24,493 nt of DNA, taken from the IMG/VR virus record IMGVR_UViG_3300032225_001048, positions 1-24,493 of that record; one strand, given 5' to 3'. A program made the translations under genes and the position numbers. The DNA comes from a virus (Duplodnaviria; Caudoviricetes). This document shows, one piece after another, positions 15,686-23,199 of this stretch; position 1 is the stretch's first letter, and every line of letters starts with the position of its first letter. The notes below the pieces were generated by a model. That model was given only the letters and a program-made list of their open reading frames with translations, had not been told where the DNA came from and made no database searches.

Positions 15686-15876
15686 TTCGCCCTCGCTTTG
15701 AGCATCCCGTCTGCCAATTCGTGGGCTTGCTTACACAGCAAGTCAAAATCCCAAATGTCATCTTTAAGCACTTGCATAGCCATCCCAGCGTACCAATCAC
15801 GCAGGGTCATGTCGCGGGCAAAGCCGCCTGTTTTGCTCATCCATGTGGGGTCGATGGTGGTGGTGTCTTCTTTCAT
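15682..15876 (-). CDS. Phage protein of the MTLRDYFAAKAMQ type (64 aa)
   Basis: DMTLRDWYAGMAMQ...AHELADGMLKAR motif; AGGAG RBS before ATG 15876. Confidence 0.75.
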   Translation of the reverse strand: MKEDTTTIDPTWMSKTGGFARDMTLRDWYAGMAMQVLKDDIWDFDLLCKQAHELADGMLKARAK

Positions 15877-15884
15877 GCTTGCTC

Positions 15885-16109
15885 CTACTTGCGCCCAACA
15901 GGGCAATAAAACTCATCCACCAGTACAAACACTGGCGGCGCGACAAGACCCATAAAGACAATACCCATCACCAAGTTCCACGCGCTCACTTTGTATAAAA
16001 GGTGGGGGTCTTTATCATCTGCGATCCCGATACACGGACCGTGGTCCGTGCGTGTTGTGCAGCCGCTCAGGACAAGACAAAGAACGGCAAGTGCGGTAAT
16101 TCGTTTCAT
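15885..16109 (-). CDS. Putative lipoprotein (74 aa)
   Basis: Signal peptide with lipobox LSG-C, and a second hydrophobic segment. Confidence 0.7.
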   Translation of the reverse strand: MKRITALAVLCLVLSGCTTRTDHGPCIGIADDKDPHLLYKVSAWNLVMGIVFMGLVAPPVFVLVDEFYCPVGRK

Positions 16110-16300
16110 GCTTGCTCCTTCAATTCATCTACTCGGCGCATCAATCGGTTGATGCGGGCGTCGTTGTACATCACCATGTGCGCGGCATAGTCCAATGCGG
16201 TCTCGGACTCCAGCTTGGCCCGCTGGGCCTGCATCAGCTCACGCGCGGCCATCTCCAACGGGGACGGCATGGTCAGCAAGCGCTTTGTCATGGCAATCAT
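16106..16300 (-). CDS. Hypothetical protein (64 aa)
   Basis: PSPLEMAAREL...YNDARINRL helical pattern; ATGA coupling. Confidence 0.7.
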   Translation of the reverse strand: MIAMTKRLLTMPSPLEMAARELMQAQRAKLESETALDYAAHMVMYNDARINRLMRRVDELKEQA

Positions 16301-16434
16301 TTGCAGTGCTCCGTAAAGACGGCCAACACGTTACCGCACGGCGGGCAGATGGTCATGTAGCCGACCCAGAAGAACACCACTGTCACGGTGCAGCTCAGGC
16401 CGATCAGGGCCAGCGTGGTTTCGATCAATCTCAT
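16297..16434 (-). CDS. Small membrane protein (45 aa)
   Basis: MRLIETTLALIGLSCTVTVVFFWVGYMTICPPCGNVLAVFTEHCK; ATGA overlaps. Confidence 0.6.
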   Translation of the reverse strand: MRLIETTLALIGLSCTVTVVFFWVGYMTICPPCGNVLAVFTEHCK

Positions 16435-16691
16435 AGCATCACCCCGCTTCGTTTTGCTTGCCTAGAGGGCCTTCCGCCAAATTTCAGAACCTCCCACGAG
16501 TTCCTGCGGCATGTATCGGCCCGGATCATTTTGTTTTGGTACTCCATCGTGCAGTCATCGCAGATGGCCAATGTGTCCCCGGCCATATTGGCCAGCTCTT
16601 TCCACTCGACAAACTGTTCCTCGGAAAAGCATCTCGGTATGTCGTAGTGCGTCACGGGAAAAAATATGCGGCGTGCTTTGTTCATGATCAA
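16431..16691 (-). CDS. Hypothetical Cys-containing protein (86 aa)
   Basis: PRCF...ICDDCT.EYQNKMIRADTC, possibly Zn-binding. Confidence 0.65.
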   Translation of the reverse strand: MIMNKARRIFFPVTHYDIPRCFSEEQFVEWKELANMAGDTLAICDDCTMEYQNKMIRADTCRRNSWEVLKFGGRPSRQAKRSGVML

Positions 16692-16999
16692 TGCTTCAGG
16701 TAGTCCAAAAGGCGCGCTAGGATCACCGTGTGCTCGTCGTAAGGGTGACGGCTCATCTGGTCCTCAAAAGCGTTCAGAATGAACGATACACCCGCTTCAA
16801 AGCCCTTCTCGTACTCCGACGGTGGTGGCGCTGGCTTAACGCAATTGCCATGCTCGGCGGTGAACATGTCCATGTGGCCAATCAAGTCGCTGATGGGCAC
16901 AGGCATCTTGGGCGGTGACTGGGTAGCACCGCAGTGCTGGCACTCGTACGTGCCGGTTGCGGTGTTGATGACGACGTGATCAAATTTCATTTTGGGCAT
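16688..16999 (-). CDS. Hypothetical Zn-ribbon protein (about 103 aa)
   Basis: YECQHCG...EHGNC. Start placed at ATG 16999, just after the upstream stop. Confidence 0.65.
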   Translation of the reverse strand: MPKMKFDHVVINTATGTYECQHCGATQSPPKMPVPISDLIGHMDMFTAEHGNCVKPAPPPSEYEKGFEAGVSFILNAFEDQMSRHPYDEHTVILARLLDYLKH

Positions 17000-17001
17000 C
17001 C

Positions 17002-17256
17002 TTATCCTTCGTATACGGACATGCGTCCGGGGTTTTGCCATTCGGCAAACAGTCCAAATTTTTGCAGAGCTGCGTCCATTACGGGGTTAGTGTTTTCCCC
17101 ACCCCATTGGTGGTGGTCGGAGTAGTAGTTGATCCACTTGTAGCTTTCGGGTTCTTCTCCGCTGATGCTGAAGTTGCCGTTGTCTTCGCAGTGCTCGTAG
17201 ACCGGCACGCCCATCTTCTTCAGCAGGTTGTACGCCTTGATGTACTTGCGTTTCAT
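17002..17256 (-). CDS. Hypothetical protein (84 aa)
   Basis: FSISGEE...GLFAEWQNPG pattern; ATGA coupling. Confidence 0.75.
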   Translation of the reverse strand: MKRKYIKAYNLLKKMGVPVYEHCEDNGNFSISGEEPESYKWINYYSDHHQWGGENTNPVMDAALQKFGLFAEWQNPGRMSVYEG

Positions 17257-17447
17257 GCTGTCACCTTTTTGGCCAGTATCTCTTGCAGCCCGGCCACCAG
17301 CGCCTGCGCCTCAGCGCGTGTGAGCACCGTGCTCATGCTGCCGTTGGTCCCGGCAAGGTACAGCCATGCGCTGTCCTCGTCCCACTCGCTGACATTGACG
17401 CGCACGCCATGTTCGGTGTTGATGACGGTTTCGATCTCTTGTTCCAT
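17253..17447 (-). CDS. Hypothetical protein (64 aa)
   Basis: AGGAG RBS; LTRAEAQALVAGL. Confidence 0.7.
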   Translation of the reverse strand: MEQEIETVINTEHGVRVNVSEWDEDSAWLYLAGTNGSMSTVLTRAEAQALVAGLQEILAKKVTA

Positions 17448-17487
17448 GGTGTTCTCCTGTGTGGGTGTGTAAGAGGGGCCGGGCCGG

Positions 17488-17796
17488 TTAGAAGTTGTAG
17501 TCGTAAAACTTGACGGGCTTTTCGTTCAGGCGGAACTTGCGGCCATGGGCGTCTTTCCATCCTTGCTTGCCGAGGCGGATACGCAGAACTTGGTTGGTGG
17601 AGTTGCTCACAATGTTCCAACGCTGATCGCATTGGTTGGAGCAGTGGGCGGCAAAGCCGCCAACATGAAACTCCAGCTTGACGCTGTCATCGCGCTCGGC
17701 ATCCATCTCACGCACTTCGATGGTTTTGTCACTGATAACCCGGACTACTTCGTAGGGGGTAACGTCGCTGTAGCTGTAATGGTTCGCATAGTTCAT
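17488..17796 (-). CDS. Phage hypothetical protein (102 aa)
   Basis: YSDVTPYEVVRVISDKTIEVR...GGFAAHC...KFYDYNF; first gene after an AT-rich promoter-like gap. Confidence 0.8.
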   Translation of the reverse strand: MNYANHYSYSDVTPYEVVRVISDKTIEVREMDAERDDSVKLEFHVGGFAAHCSNQCDQRWNIVSNSTNQVLRIRLGKQGWKDAHGRKFRLNEKPVKFYDYNF

Positions 17797-17829
17797 TTTT
17801 AGGTCCTAGTGGTTGGTTGCTGACGCCTC

Positions 17830-17887
17830 AATTATTACTCTAAATTACAGTAAATTGCGTTTTGCTTTGTAAAGATTGTGTAAAGAC
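17830..17887 (-). promoter_or_regulatory. AT-rich promoter-like region
   Basis: Minus strand TCTTTACA direct repeat, then TGTAATTTAGAGTAATAATT, which shares 14/20 nt with 18512-18531. Confidence 0.45.
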
Positions 17888-18054
17888 TACAGCGCGGTGA
17901 ACCGGCCGAGGATGCTGGCCATGTTGGTCGGCGTGTTGTCCGCGTCCCACTTGGGCAGGTCCTCCGGCCACTGCAGCATGCGGGCGAGGGCTTGGTAATC
18001 CTTCTCGGTCAGGGGGATGTCCGTGTGGGCTTGGTCTTGAGTTTCTTCGTTCAT
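17887..18054 (-). CDS. Hypothetical protein (55 aa)
   Basis: AAGGA RBS; MNEETQDQAHTDIPLTEKDYQALARMLQWPEDLPKWDADNTPTNMASILGRFTAL. Confidence 0.6.
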   Translation of the reverse strand: MNEETQDQAHTDIPLTEKDYQALARMLQWPEDLPKWDADNTPTNMASILGRFTAL

Positions 18055-18068
18055 GGTGTGTCCTTTCT

Positions 18069-18082
18069 GGGGCCGAAGCCCC
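18069..18082 (-). other. GC-rich UUCG hairpin (stability/processing element; no U tract)
   Basis: Intergenic, minus strand GGGGC-TTCG-GCCCC. Confidence 0.55.
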
Positions 18083-18090
18083 GTGGTTGA

Positions 18091-18456
18091 TTAGCGGCTG
18101 GTGACCTTGACCGTGAACACGGCGGTGGTCTTGGTATTGGCGGCAATTGCTTTTGGCACGTCTTGCTCTTCGTAGCCAATCTTGACTGCAACTTTTTTCC
18201 AGTCAGCCTCGACTTCGAGCTTGGCTGCAACCAGAGCCAGCCAGTCAATGCTGGAACGGTTGGATTCGATGTAGGTGGCTTTGAACAGGTCACCCTCGAC
18301 AACTTTGTCGCCGCCCATGCTGGCGGAATCTTTGATGCCATCCTTGATGGCGTCGGCCTGCTTTGTCAGCTCGGCGATGCGGGCAAGCAGGTTACCCAGC
18401 AGGTCCACTTCGTTGATTGCGACTGCGGACATTTCGGTGTTGGTCATTGCGTTCAT
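18091..18456 (-). CDS. Phage hypothetical protein (121 aa)
   Basis: VDLLGNLLARIAELTKQADAIKD...EGDLFKAT...VKVTSR; AAGGA RBS. Confidence 0.8.
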   Translation of the reverse strand: MNAMTNTEMSAVAINEVDLLGNLLARIAELTKQADAIKDGIKDSASMGGDKVVEGDLFKATYIESNRSSIDWLALVAAKLEVEADWKKVAVKIGYEEQDVPKAIAANTKTTAVFTVKVTSR

Positions 18457-18511
18457 TTCACTATCCTTCGTTGTTGCCTGCCTTGCAAACCGTTTGCTTG
18501 GTCAGTACGGA

Positions 18512-18531
18512 AATTGTAACGAGGAATTACA
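18512..18531 (-). promoter_or_regulatory. Promoter-like site with -10 TACAAT inside a TGTAA..TTACA inverted repeat
   Basis: Minus strand TGTAATTCCTCGTTACAATT in an AT-rich gap. Confidence 0.45.
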
Positions 18532-18570
18532 CCAAAAAACGCGCCGACTAAAAATTTTTCACAATAATTT

Positions 18571-18876
18571 CTATCGGATTCTCAAACTGATTAGTTTTTT
18601 TAATTCTGCTCTGGTGTCCTCCAGCAATTCGGGTTCTCCGTACCCCCAATGCTTGGGAAATCCTTTGGTGCCTAGCCCGTGGACGCCGGTTTTTCCCCGG
18701 TGGTGCTCAGGGCATAGAGGGATTACGTCCATGTGGCTGGCCCTGCGGCCACCGCCCGTTCCCTCCCGGGGGTGGTGCAGCTCTGCAGGAGTGCCCTCAT
18801 GGCCCATCCGCCTGCAGACGGCACATCCCAACTCAGCCACCAGCGACATGTGCCGTTTTTCTTCTTGAGTGGCCAT
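18571..18876 (-). CDS. Ref/DUF968-like Zn-binding HNH-type nuclease (101 aa)
   Basis: LGCAVC...PAELHH...GGGRRASH..VIPLCPEHH..G..GVH. Confidence 0.75.
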   Translation of the reverse strand: MATQEEKRHMSLVAELGCAVCRRMGHEGTPAELHHPREGTGGGRRASHMDVIPLCPEHHRGKTGVHGLGTKGFPKHWGYGEPELLEDTRAELKKLISLRIR

Positions 18877-19211
18877 CAGACGGTCACCCGGCCTTCGGCG
18901 CGATCATTGGCGCATTGGGTTCGCCAGATCTCCACGCGGGCCTGTGCGGCTATCAGCTCCCACCGGAGCTTTTCTTCCGCCTCTACAGCGGCACGTAGGC
19001 CGTCTAGGAGCTGCCGATACTCCGGGTGGGCATAGGCATCCCTCTCTTGCGCTGAAATGGCGCTCTCGGCGCTTTTCTGCATCAGGATGGCTTTGAGGGA
19101 CTTGCGGTATTCCTCGATGTACGTGCGCTCGGCTTTGGCCTTGGCAAACTGCTTGGCGTTGATCAAGATGTAATCAACGGCCTTGTCGGGATCTGTTTCG
19201 CGGTCTTTCAT
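18876..19211 (-). CDS. Coiled-coil phage hypothetical protein (111 aa)
   Basis: AKAKAERTYIEEYRKS...QERDAYAHPEY...EIWRTQCANDR; lies between RusA and the Ref-like gene. Confidence 0.75.
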   Translation of the reverse strand: MKDRETDPDKAVDYILINAKQFAKAKAERTYIEEYRKSLKAILMQKSAESAISAQERDAYAHPEYRQLLDGLRAAVEAEEKLRWELIAAQARVEIWRTQCANDRAEGRVTV

Positions 19212-19561
19212 AGCATTTCCTCAATGGTTATTTTTAACATTCCGCCCAATGGAGCGGCCCAATAAATTCGCAGGTCTTGTATCTGCGAATCGTCTTCGTA
19301 CACACCGGCATGGGCCAGCGAGTCAAGCGTGGCTTTCAGCAGGTTGTCCAAATCGCGTCGGCGCTTGTCTGGCCGGTAAACCTCCACCGTGAGCTGCAGG
19401 GGCCCGTCAAAGTGCTTCTGAGCCCTTTGCAGCAGCATCTGGTCGGCAACGGCTTTGCGGTAGTCCCGGCCAGCCTCGCTGATCAGCATCCGCCCTTGGA
19501 ACGTGCGCCAATAGGTGTTGACCGACGGCGGCCACGGCAGGGTGATCTGCAATGGCATCAT
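19208..19561 (-). CDS. rusA: RusA-family Holliday junction resolvase
   Basis: LPWPPSVNTYWR, PDKRRRDLDNLLK, DDSQI catalytic motifs. Confidence 0.92.
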   Translation of the reverse strand: MMPLQITLPWPPSVNTYWRTFQGRMLISEAGRDYRKAVADQMLLQRAQKHFDGPLQLTVEVYRPDKRRRDLDNLLKATLDSLAHAGVYEDDSQIQDLRIYWAAPLGGMLKITIEEML

Positions 19562-19815
19562 TGCACTGGACCCTTGGCCCGGCGGGCGCGGATCTGATCG
19601 GCCAGTTTCTCAATGTCTACGCATTCGTCGGCCATGCGTGCGCACATCTCGTTCTCCATGTCCACGGCCTGCCGGGCGGCATCAATCGCAAAGCTCATGA
19701 TCTCAGCCTTGGCGTCTTCCAGCGCCCGGTCAAATTCTTTTTGCGTGAACATCTGCATGGTGTTGCTGTGGCCAAGGATTTGGCGGGCAAGGGGGCTAAG
19801 TTCTGGTTTGGTCAT
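19558..19815 (-). CDS. Hypothetical protein (85 aa, MTKPELSPLARQ...)
   Basis: AGGAG RBS before ATG 19815; ENEMCARMAD...IRAR motif typical of phage accessory ORFs. Confidence 0.7.
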   Translation of the reverse strand: MTKPELSPLARQILGHSNTMQMFTQKEFDRALEDAKAEIMSFAIDAARQAVDMENEMCARMADECVDIEKLADQIRARRAKGPVQ

Positions 19816-20102
19816 TTTTTCTCCTGTGTTATTTGTTTGACTCTGCGCTTGTGGGTGTAATACACCGCATTCGAAGTAAGACCAAATGTTTTTATTCCAA
19901 CTTCGTTGCCCCAAAAATTTTTATCTTCTTCATCTCTGTGAGGAAAAACCCAACCTTTTTCCAAAGTAACCATAATCTCCTGAAACCATGGGCGCGCTTT
20001 TTCGTACTGAACGTCTACGCGATAAACCCATGGGCGCTGCAAAACAATGATCAGACCTTTGTTTAACTTGCCATCATCATCAATTCCATAAGTTTTTTTC
20101 AT
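19812..20102 (-). CDS. AT-rich hypothetical protein (96 aa)
   Basis: Fits between its neighbours with ATGA coupling; visibly lower GC. Confidence 0.6.
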   Translation of the reverse strand: MKKTYGIDDDGKLNKGLIIVLQRPWVYRVDVQYEKARPWFQEIMVTLEKGWVFPHRDEEDKNFWGNEVGIKTFGLTSNAVYYTHKRRVKQITQEKK

Positions 20103-20105
20103 TTT

Positions 20106-20282
20106 TTATTCCTGTGATTGTTTTTTAATTTCATTGAGTACATGATTTTTGATGCCCTTGAACAGCTCTTCCTCGTCCAAGCGCTTCACTTCGTCCCAAG
20201 CCCATGCCTTCCATGCCGGTTCTTTGCAGAGTCGAACGTGGTCGGCAAACACCCGGGAGCGGATCTCGTCTGAATCAAACAT
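20106..20282 (-). CDS. Hypothetical protein (58 aa, MFDSDEIRSR...)
   Basis: ATG 20282 overlaps the upstream gene end; PAWKAWAW. Confidence 0.6.
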   Translation of the reverse strand: MFDSDEIRSRVFADHVRLCKEPAWKAWAWDEVKRLDEEELFKGIKNHVLNEIKKQSQE

Positions 20283-20550
20283 TGAGCCGCAACGCTTCTT
20301 TAGCAAACTTGACCTGCAGCGCGCTACGCGGGATGCCGCGCTCGTAATCGCGCAGGATTTTCTTGGCCCACCACTTCGGGTCGTTGCTCATGTTGCGATC
20401 CTCGTCGGTCGTCACCGGCGCGGTGTACTGGCTTGGCCACACGCCCCAGCGGTGGTAGCTGCACTTCGGATTACCGGAATTAACCGACCATGGTTCGTTG
20501 CACAACGGGGTGCTGCACTTTAAGCTGTTTTCATCAATCTGATTTTTCAT
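20275..20550 (-). CDS. Hypothetical replication-module protein (91 aa)
   Basis: CSTPLC..PWSV....KCSYH Zn-like N-terminus; DPKWWAKKIL...AKEAL C-terminus; AAGGA RBS. Confidence 0.7.
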   Translation of the reverse strand: MKNQIDENSLKCSTPLCNEPWSVNSGNPKCSYHRWGVWPSQYTAPVTTDEDRNMSNDPKWWAKKILRDYERGIPRSALQVKFAKEALRLNV

Positions 20551-20559
20551 ATTTTTTCC

Positions 20560-20910
20560 TTAATGGCTCATTCTCAATTTCATTTCTGCTATCTGCTTCC
20601 GGATCGCATCTGGCATCGGAGTCAGCTTGGGCTGGTGCTCGATCACGTCGTTTCTCGGGATCGATGGTGCATGCATGCACAATGACTTGAACTTCAAAGC
20701 GCTCGGGGGGAAGTCAGGGGGGCAGCAGTTAATCGCGTAATCCATGGTTGGACGGTAGGTCAAGTAGATACCCAATTGGTTCTTCCATTCCTGCCGGATC
20801 ATCTGCGGGTCAATCCCATCCCAATGCCGGGCAAAGGACGCACCATAAATCGCGGACAGTCTGGCAAAAATGTAGTTGAAGCCGTCGTCTTCATCGCAGA
20901 AATTGTTCAT
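20560..20910 (-). CDS. Putative lambda P-like replication/helicase-loader protein (116 aa)
   Basis: IFARLSAIYG..F...W...EW...L...FPPSALKFKSLC; directly downstream of the initiator. Confidence 0.5.
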   Translation of the reverse strand: MNNFCDEDDGFNYIFARLSAIYGASFARHWDGIDPQMIRQEWKNQLGIYLTYRPTMDYAINCCPPDFPPSALKFKSLCMHAPSIPRNDVIEHQPKLTPMPDAIRKQIAEMKLRMSH

Positions 20911-21659
20911 TTGTCACCCCCGGCCAACAAAGCAACATCTGAAATTGCCGCATCAGCTTTTTCCCAAAACGGCTTTGGAGCTGTCAATCCTCGCGTCAGC
21001 ACATGCATGTTTTTCGCAGCTTTCTGCGTCGGGGTCAAATGCTCAATCTTCGGAGCCATCCATTCGGCCTTGAAACCGGTCCAGCCACGCGCACAGCAGG
21101 TTTCCAAGGCCACCTGAAGGCTTACCCCTGCCTTTCGTGCTTCGCGCTCTATGCCGTCCACAGCAGTCTGGGTGACGGCTGCCTTTTTGGCTTTGCGAAG
21201 CTGCAACCAATCTTGCCAAACTGATTCCGTGACGCCGTCAGGCGGAGCGATGGCTTTCTTCTTTGGTACTGTGTCTTGTGTCTTGGGTATTGTGTTATGT
21301 GTAGCATTGCCTTCGGATTGCGATTGCAATGCGTTCGCATGTTTTGCCTTTGCCCAACGGACTTTGGCGCTTTCTGCGGCCTTCTCGGACTTCACGCCAA
21401 CCTTGGAAATTTCCAGCAGCACTCGGGGCGAAATCCAACCTTCGTCGGTGCGTTGGAAATACTCCTGCAAAACGGTCGCAATGCTTTCGCTTTGCGTACG
21501 CATGCGGATCAACCGAGCAACATCGGCAGGGTCCGGCGGCAGTGGTTTCTCGTGGAGATAGGACCAATCCAGCATCCTGCGGTATGCAAGATCCTCGGTC
21601 TCGGTCAGGTGCGCCGTATGGCTCTGGTAGTCACCAATATTGAACTGGTAGTAATGCAT
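20907..21659 (-). CDS. DUF1376/YdaU-family replication initiator (250 aa)
   Basis: MHYYQFNIGDYQSHTAHLT..EDLAYRRMLDWSY..EKPL; C-terminal WQDWLQLRKAKK...RGWTGFKAEW. Confidence 0.85.
   Translation of the reverse strand: MHYYQFNIGDYQSHTAHLTETEDLAYRRMLDWSYLHEKPLPPDPADVARLIRMRTQSESIATVLQEYFQRTDEGWISPRVLLEISKVGVKSEKAAESAKVRWAKAKHANALQSQSEGNATHNTIPKTQDTVPKKKAIAPPDGVTESVWQDWLQLRKAKKAAVTQTAVDGIEREARKAGVSLQVALETCCARGWTGFKAEWMAPKIEHLTPTQKAAKNMHVLTRGLTAPKPFWEKADAAISDVALLAGGDK
21270..21340. repeat. Heptamer tandem repeats in the initiator linker; putative replication origin
   Basis: TGTGTCT-TGTGTCT-TGGGTAT-TGTGTTA-TGTGTAG (21270-21304), followed by ATTGC-containing repeats. Confidence 0.5.
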
Positions 21660-21688
21660 CGTTCACCCCAAAATACACCCCAACAAAG

Positions 21689-21754
21689 GAAACTCCGGCG
21701 GCGGGGGTGTGACGCTTTTCGGCACGCTCATGACTTCGTGCCTAGCCGGGTTTC
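21689..21754 (-). ncRNA. Candidate three-way-junction leader RNA upstream of the initiator
   Basis: P1 GAAAC-CCGGC/GCCGG-A-GTTTC, P2 GGCACG/CGTGCC, GAAAA linker, P3 GCG/CGC. A TAGAAT -10-like hexamer at 21760-21765 lies just upstream. Confidence 0.5.
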
Positions 21755-21762
21755 GCAAAATT

Positions 21763-22077
21763 CTACACCAATTTCTTGGGCCTGCCGCCAAGCCTGCCAG
21801 ATTTTTGGTTTAACTGTGTACGGTCCTGTCTTTTAACAAGCTCCTCATCCAGCCATGGTAGATGATAGAACCCTTCTTTTAACACAAAAAATTCATCGAG
21901 CACGCGCTCGGACTCAAAAATGTCTAACTTTGTGATTCGTTTTATTTCACCCTCGGCGATGGGCTTCTCGGACATCCAGTACCAATCGAGCAGCCGCCGA
22001 AATGCAAGGTCCTCGGTGTCCACCAGATGGGATGTCTGGTTCCAGTAATCGGTGACGGGGAACTTGTACCACTTCAT
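21763..22077 (-). CDS. Second, short DUF1376/YdaU-family protein (104 aa)
   Basis: MKWYKFPVTDYWNQTSHL..TEDLAFRRLLDWYW.SEKPI...SGRLGGRPKK; ATG 22077 in an ATGA overlap. Confidence 0.8.
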   Translation of the reverse strand: MKWYKFPVTDYWNQTSHLVDTEDLAFRRLLDWYWMSEKPIAEGEIKRITKLDIFESERVLDEFFVLKEGFYHLPWLDEELVKRQDRTQLNQKSGRLGGRPKKLV

Positions 22078-22277
22078 TTTTTGAACAGATCTGGCCGCAG
22101 GTCGCGGGCTGCCACGGCGCTGCGGGTGTACTTCTCGATGGCCACAGACAGCATCGGGCTGGGGCGGCGGCGGTTGGAGCAGAGCAGGGATAGCCACGTC
22201 CGGGTGATCTTGAGCTCGTTGCACATGCTGGTCTTAGCCCCTCTTGGCAGGGTCTGGAAATACTCACTAAGTGTCAT
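22074..22277 (-). CDS. Cro/YdaS-like HTH regulator (67 aa)
   Basis: MTLSEYF..LPRGAK..MCNELKITRTWLS...PSP.L...IE..T...V...DLRPD; first gene of the leftward arm; AAGGAG RBS. Confidence 0.8.
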   Translation of the reverse strand: MTLSEYFQTLPRGAKTSMCNELKITRTWLSLLCSNRRRPSPMLSVAIEKYTRSAVAARDLRPDLFKK

Positions 22278-22389
22278 GCGTTCTCCTTAAAGTTTTAATC
22301 ATATCACGGCAAAAAACAATATTGCAGGTTGCTACAACCTCACGTTAAAGTGTGTTACAGTTGGGCTCTGTTTAACTTGGAGGCGCGTT
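22278..22389. promoter_or_regulatory. Divergent promoter region
   Basis: AT-rich gap at the strand switch, with extended -10-like TGaTATGAT (minus, about 22299-22307) and TGtTACAGT (plus, about 22353-22361). Confidence 0.55.
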
Positions 22390-22569
22390 ATGAGTGAATA
22401 CGAAGAGCTCGTCACTGAGCGAAAACGGATGCTGGAAGACGCCATGCACAGGGCCGAAATGGGCATGGCAACAGCACAAGATTGGGACATCCTGCGCTTT
22501 GAGTGTGGGCTGCCCCGCCGTGAAGTAATTTATTTTGAAAGAACCATCAATGATCATCAGTGCGAATAG
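22390..22569 (+). CDS. Hypothetical protein (59 aa)
   Basis: GGAGG RBS; MSEYEELVTERKRMLEDAMHRAEMGMATAQDWDILRFECGLPRREVIYFERTINDHQCE. Confidence 0.7.
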   Translation: MSEYEELVTERKRMLEDAMHRAEMGMATAQDWDILRFECGLPRREVIYFERTINDHQCE

Positions 22570-23194
22570 CGACAACTCAGACTTCAAGCAAGTCCCAGCC
22601 GGGATGCACCTTGCGCGGTGCTACCGGATCACAGACCTTGGGACGCAAAAAAGCGAATTCCAAGGGCAAGTGAAATACAACCGAAAAATCATGGTGCAGT
22701 TTGAGGTTCATGGCGAAGATGCCGATGGCAGCCCGCTGCTCACGGACAAGCAGGAGCCTATGTCGGTCAGCAAGCGGTACACCCGTTCGCTTGCCGAAAA
22801 AGCCGCGCTGCGGGCCGATTTGATCTCTTGGCGGGGCCGGGAGTTCACCAAGGAAGAACTGAACAGCTTTGACCTAAAAAACATTTTGGGCGCATGGGCC
22901 ATGTTGACCATTGTGAAAAGCACCAGCCAGAACGGCAAGGAATACACCAACATCGCCAACGTCAACCCGGTGCCCGCCAGCATCAAAAAGGCCGGTCTGC
23001 CGCAAGGCCACAACGAGCTGGTCGAGTTTGACATTGACAGCTTCGACCCGACGGTTTACGAAAAAATGTCCAAGGGCATCAAAGCCGTTATCGAAGGGTC
23101 ACCGGAGTGGAAAGCACGCAAGGACCCGGTGCGCGCGCAGCCAGCCCCTGCTGGAAACGGCTTTGACGACATGGACGACGACATCCCTTTTTGA
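22550..23194 (+). CDS. Phage ssDNA-binding-like protein (214 aa)
   Basis: F..VPAG.HLARCY.I.DLGTQ core with acidic tail DDMDDDIPF, as in SSB C-termini. Confidence 0.75.
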   Translation: MIISANSDNSDFKQVPAGMHLARCYRITDLGTQKSEFQGQVKYNRKIMVQFEVHGEDADGSPLLTDKQEPMSVSKRYTRSLAEKAALRADLISWRGREFTKEELNSFDLKNILGAWAMLTIVKSTSQNGKEYTNIANVNPVPASIKKAGLPQGHNELVEFDIDSFDPTVYEKMSKGIKAVIEGSPEWKARKDPVRAQPAPAGNGFDDMDDDIPF

Positions 23195-23199
23195 TTTAC

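Noticed and set aside
21689-21754. Hammerhead ribozyme
   Set aside because: It has a three-way junction with GAAA but no CUGANGA core.
22074-22277. YdaS/YdaT toxin-antitoxin pair
   Set aside because: Position and sequence fit a Cro-like regulator, and no YdaT/CII-like partner follows.
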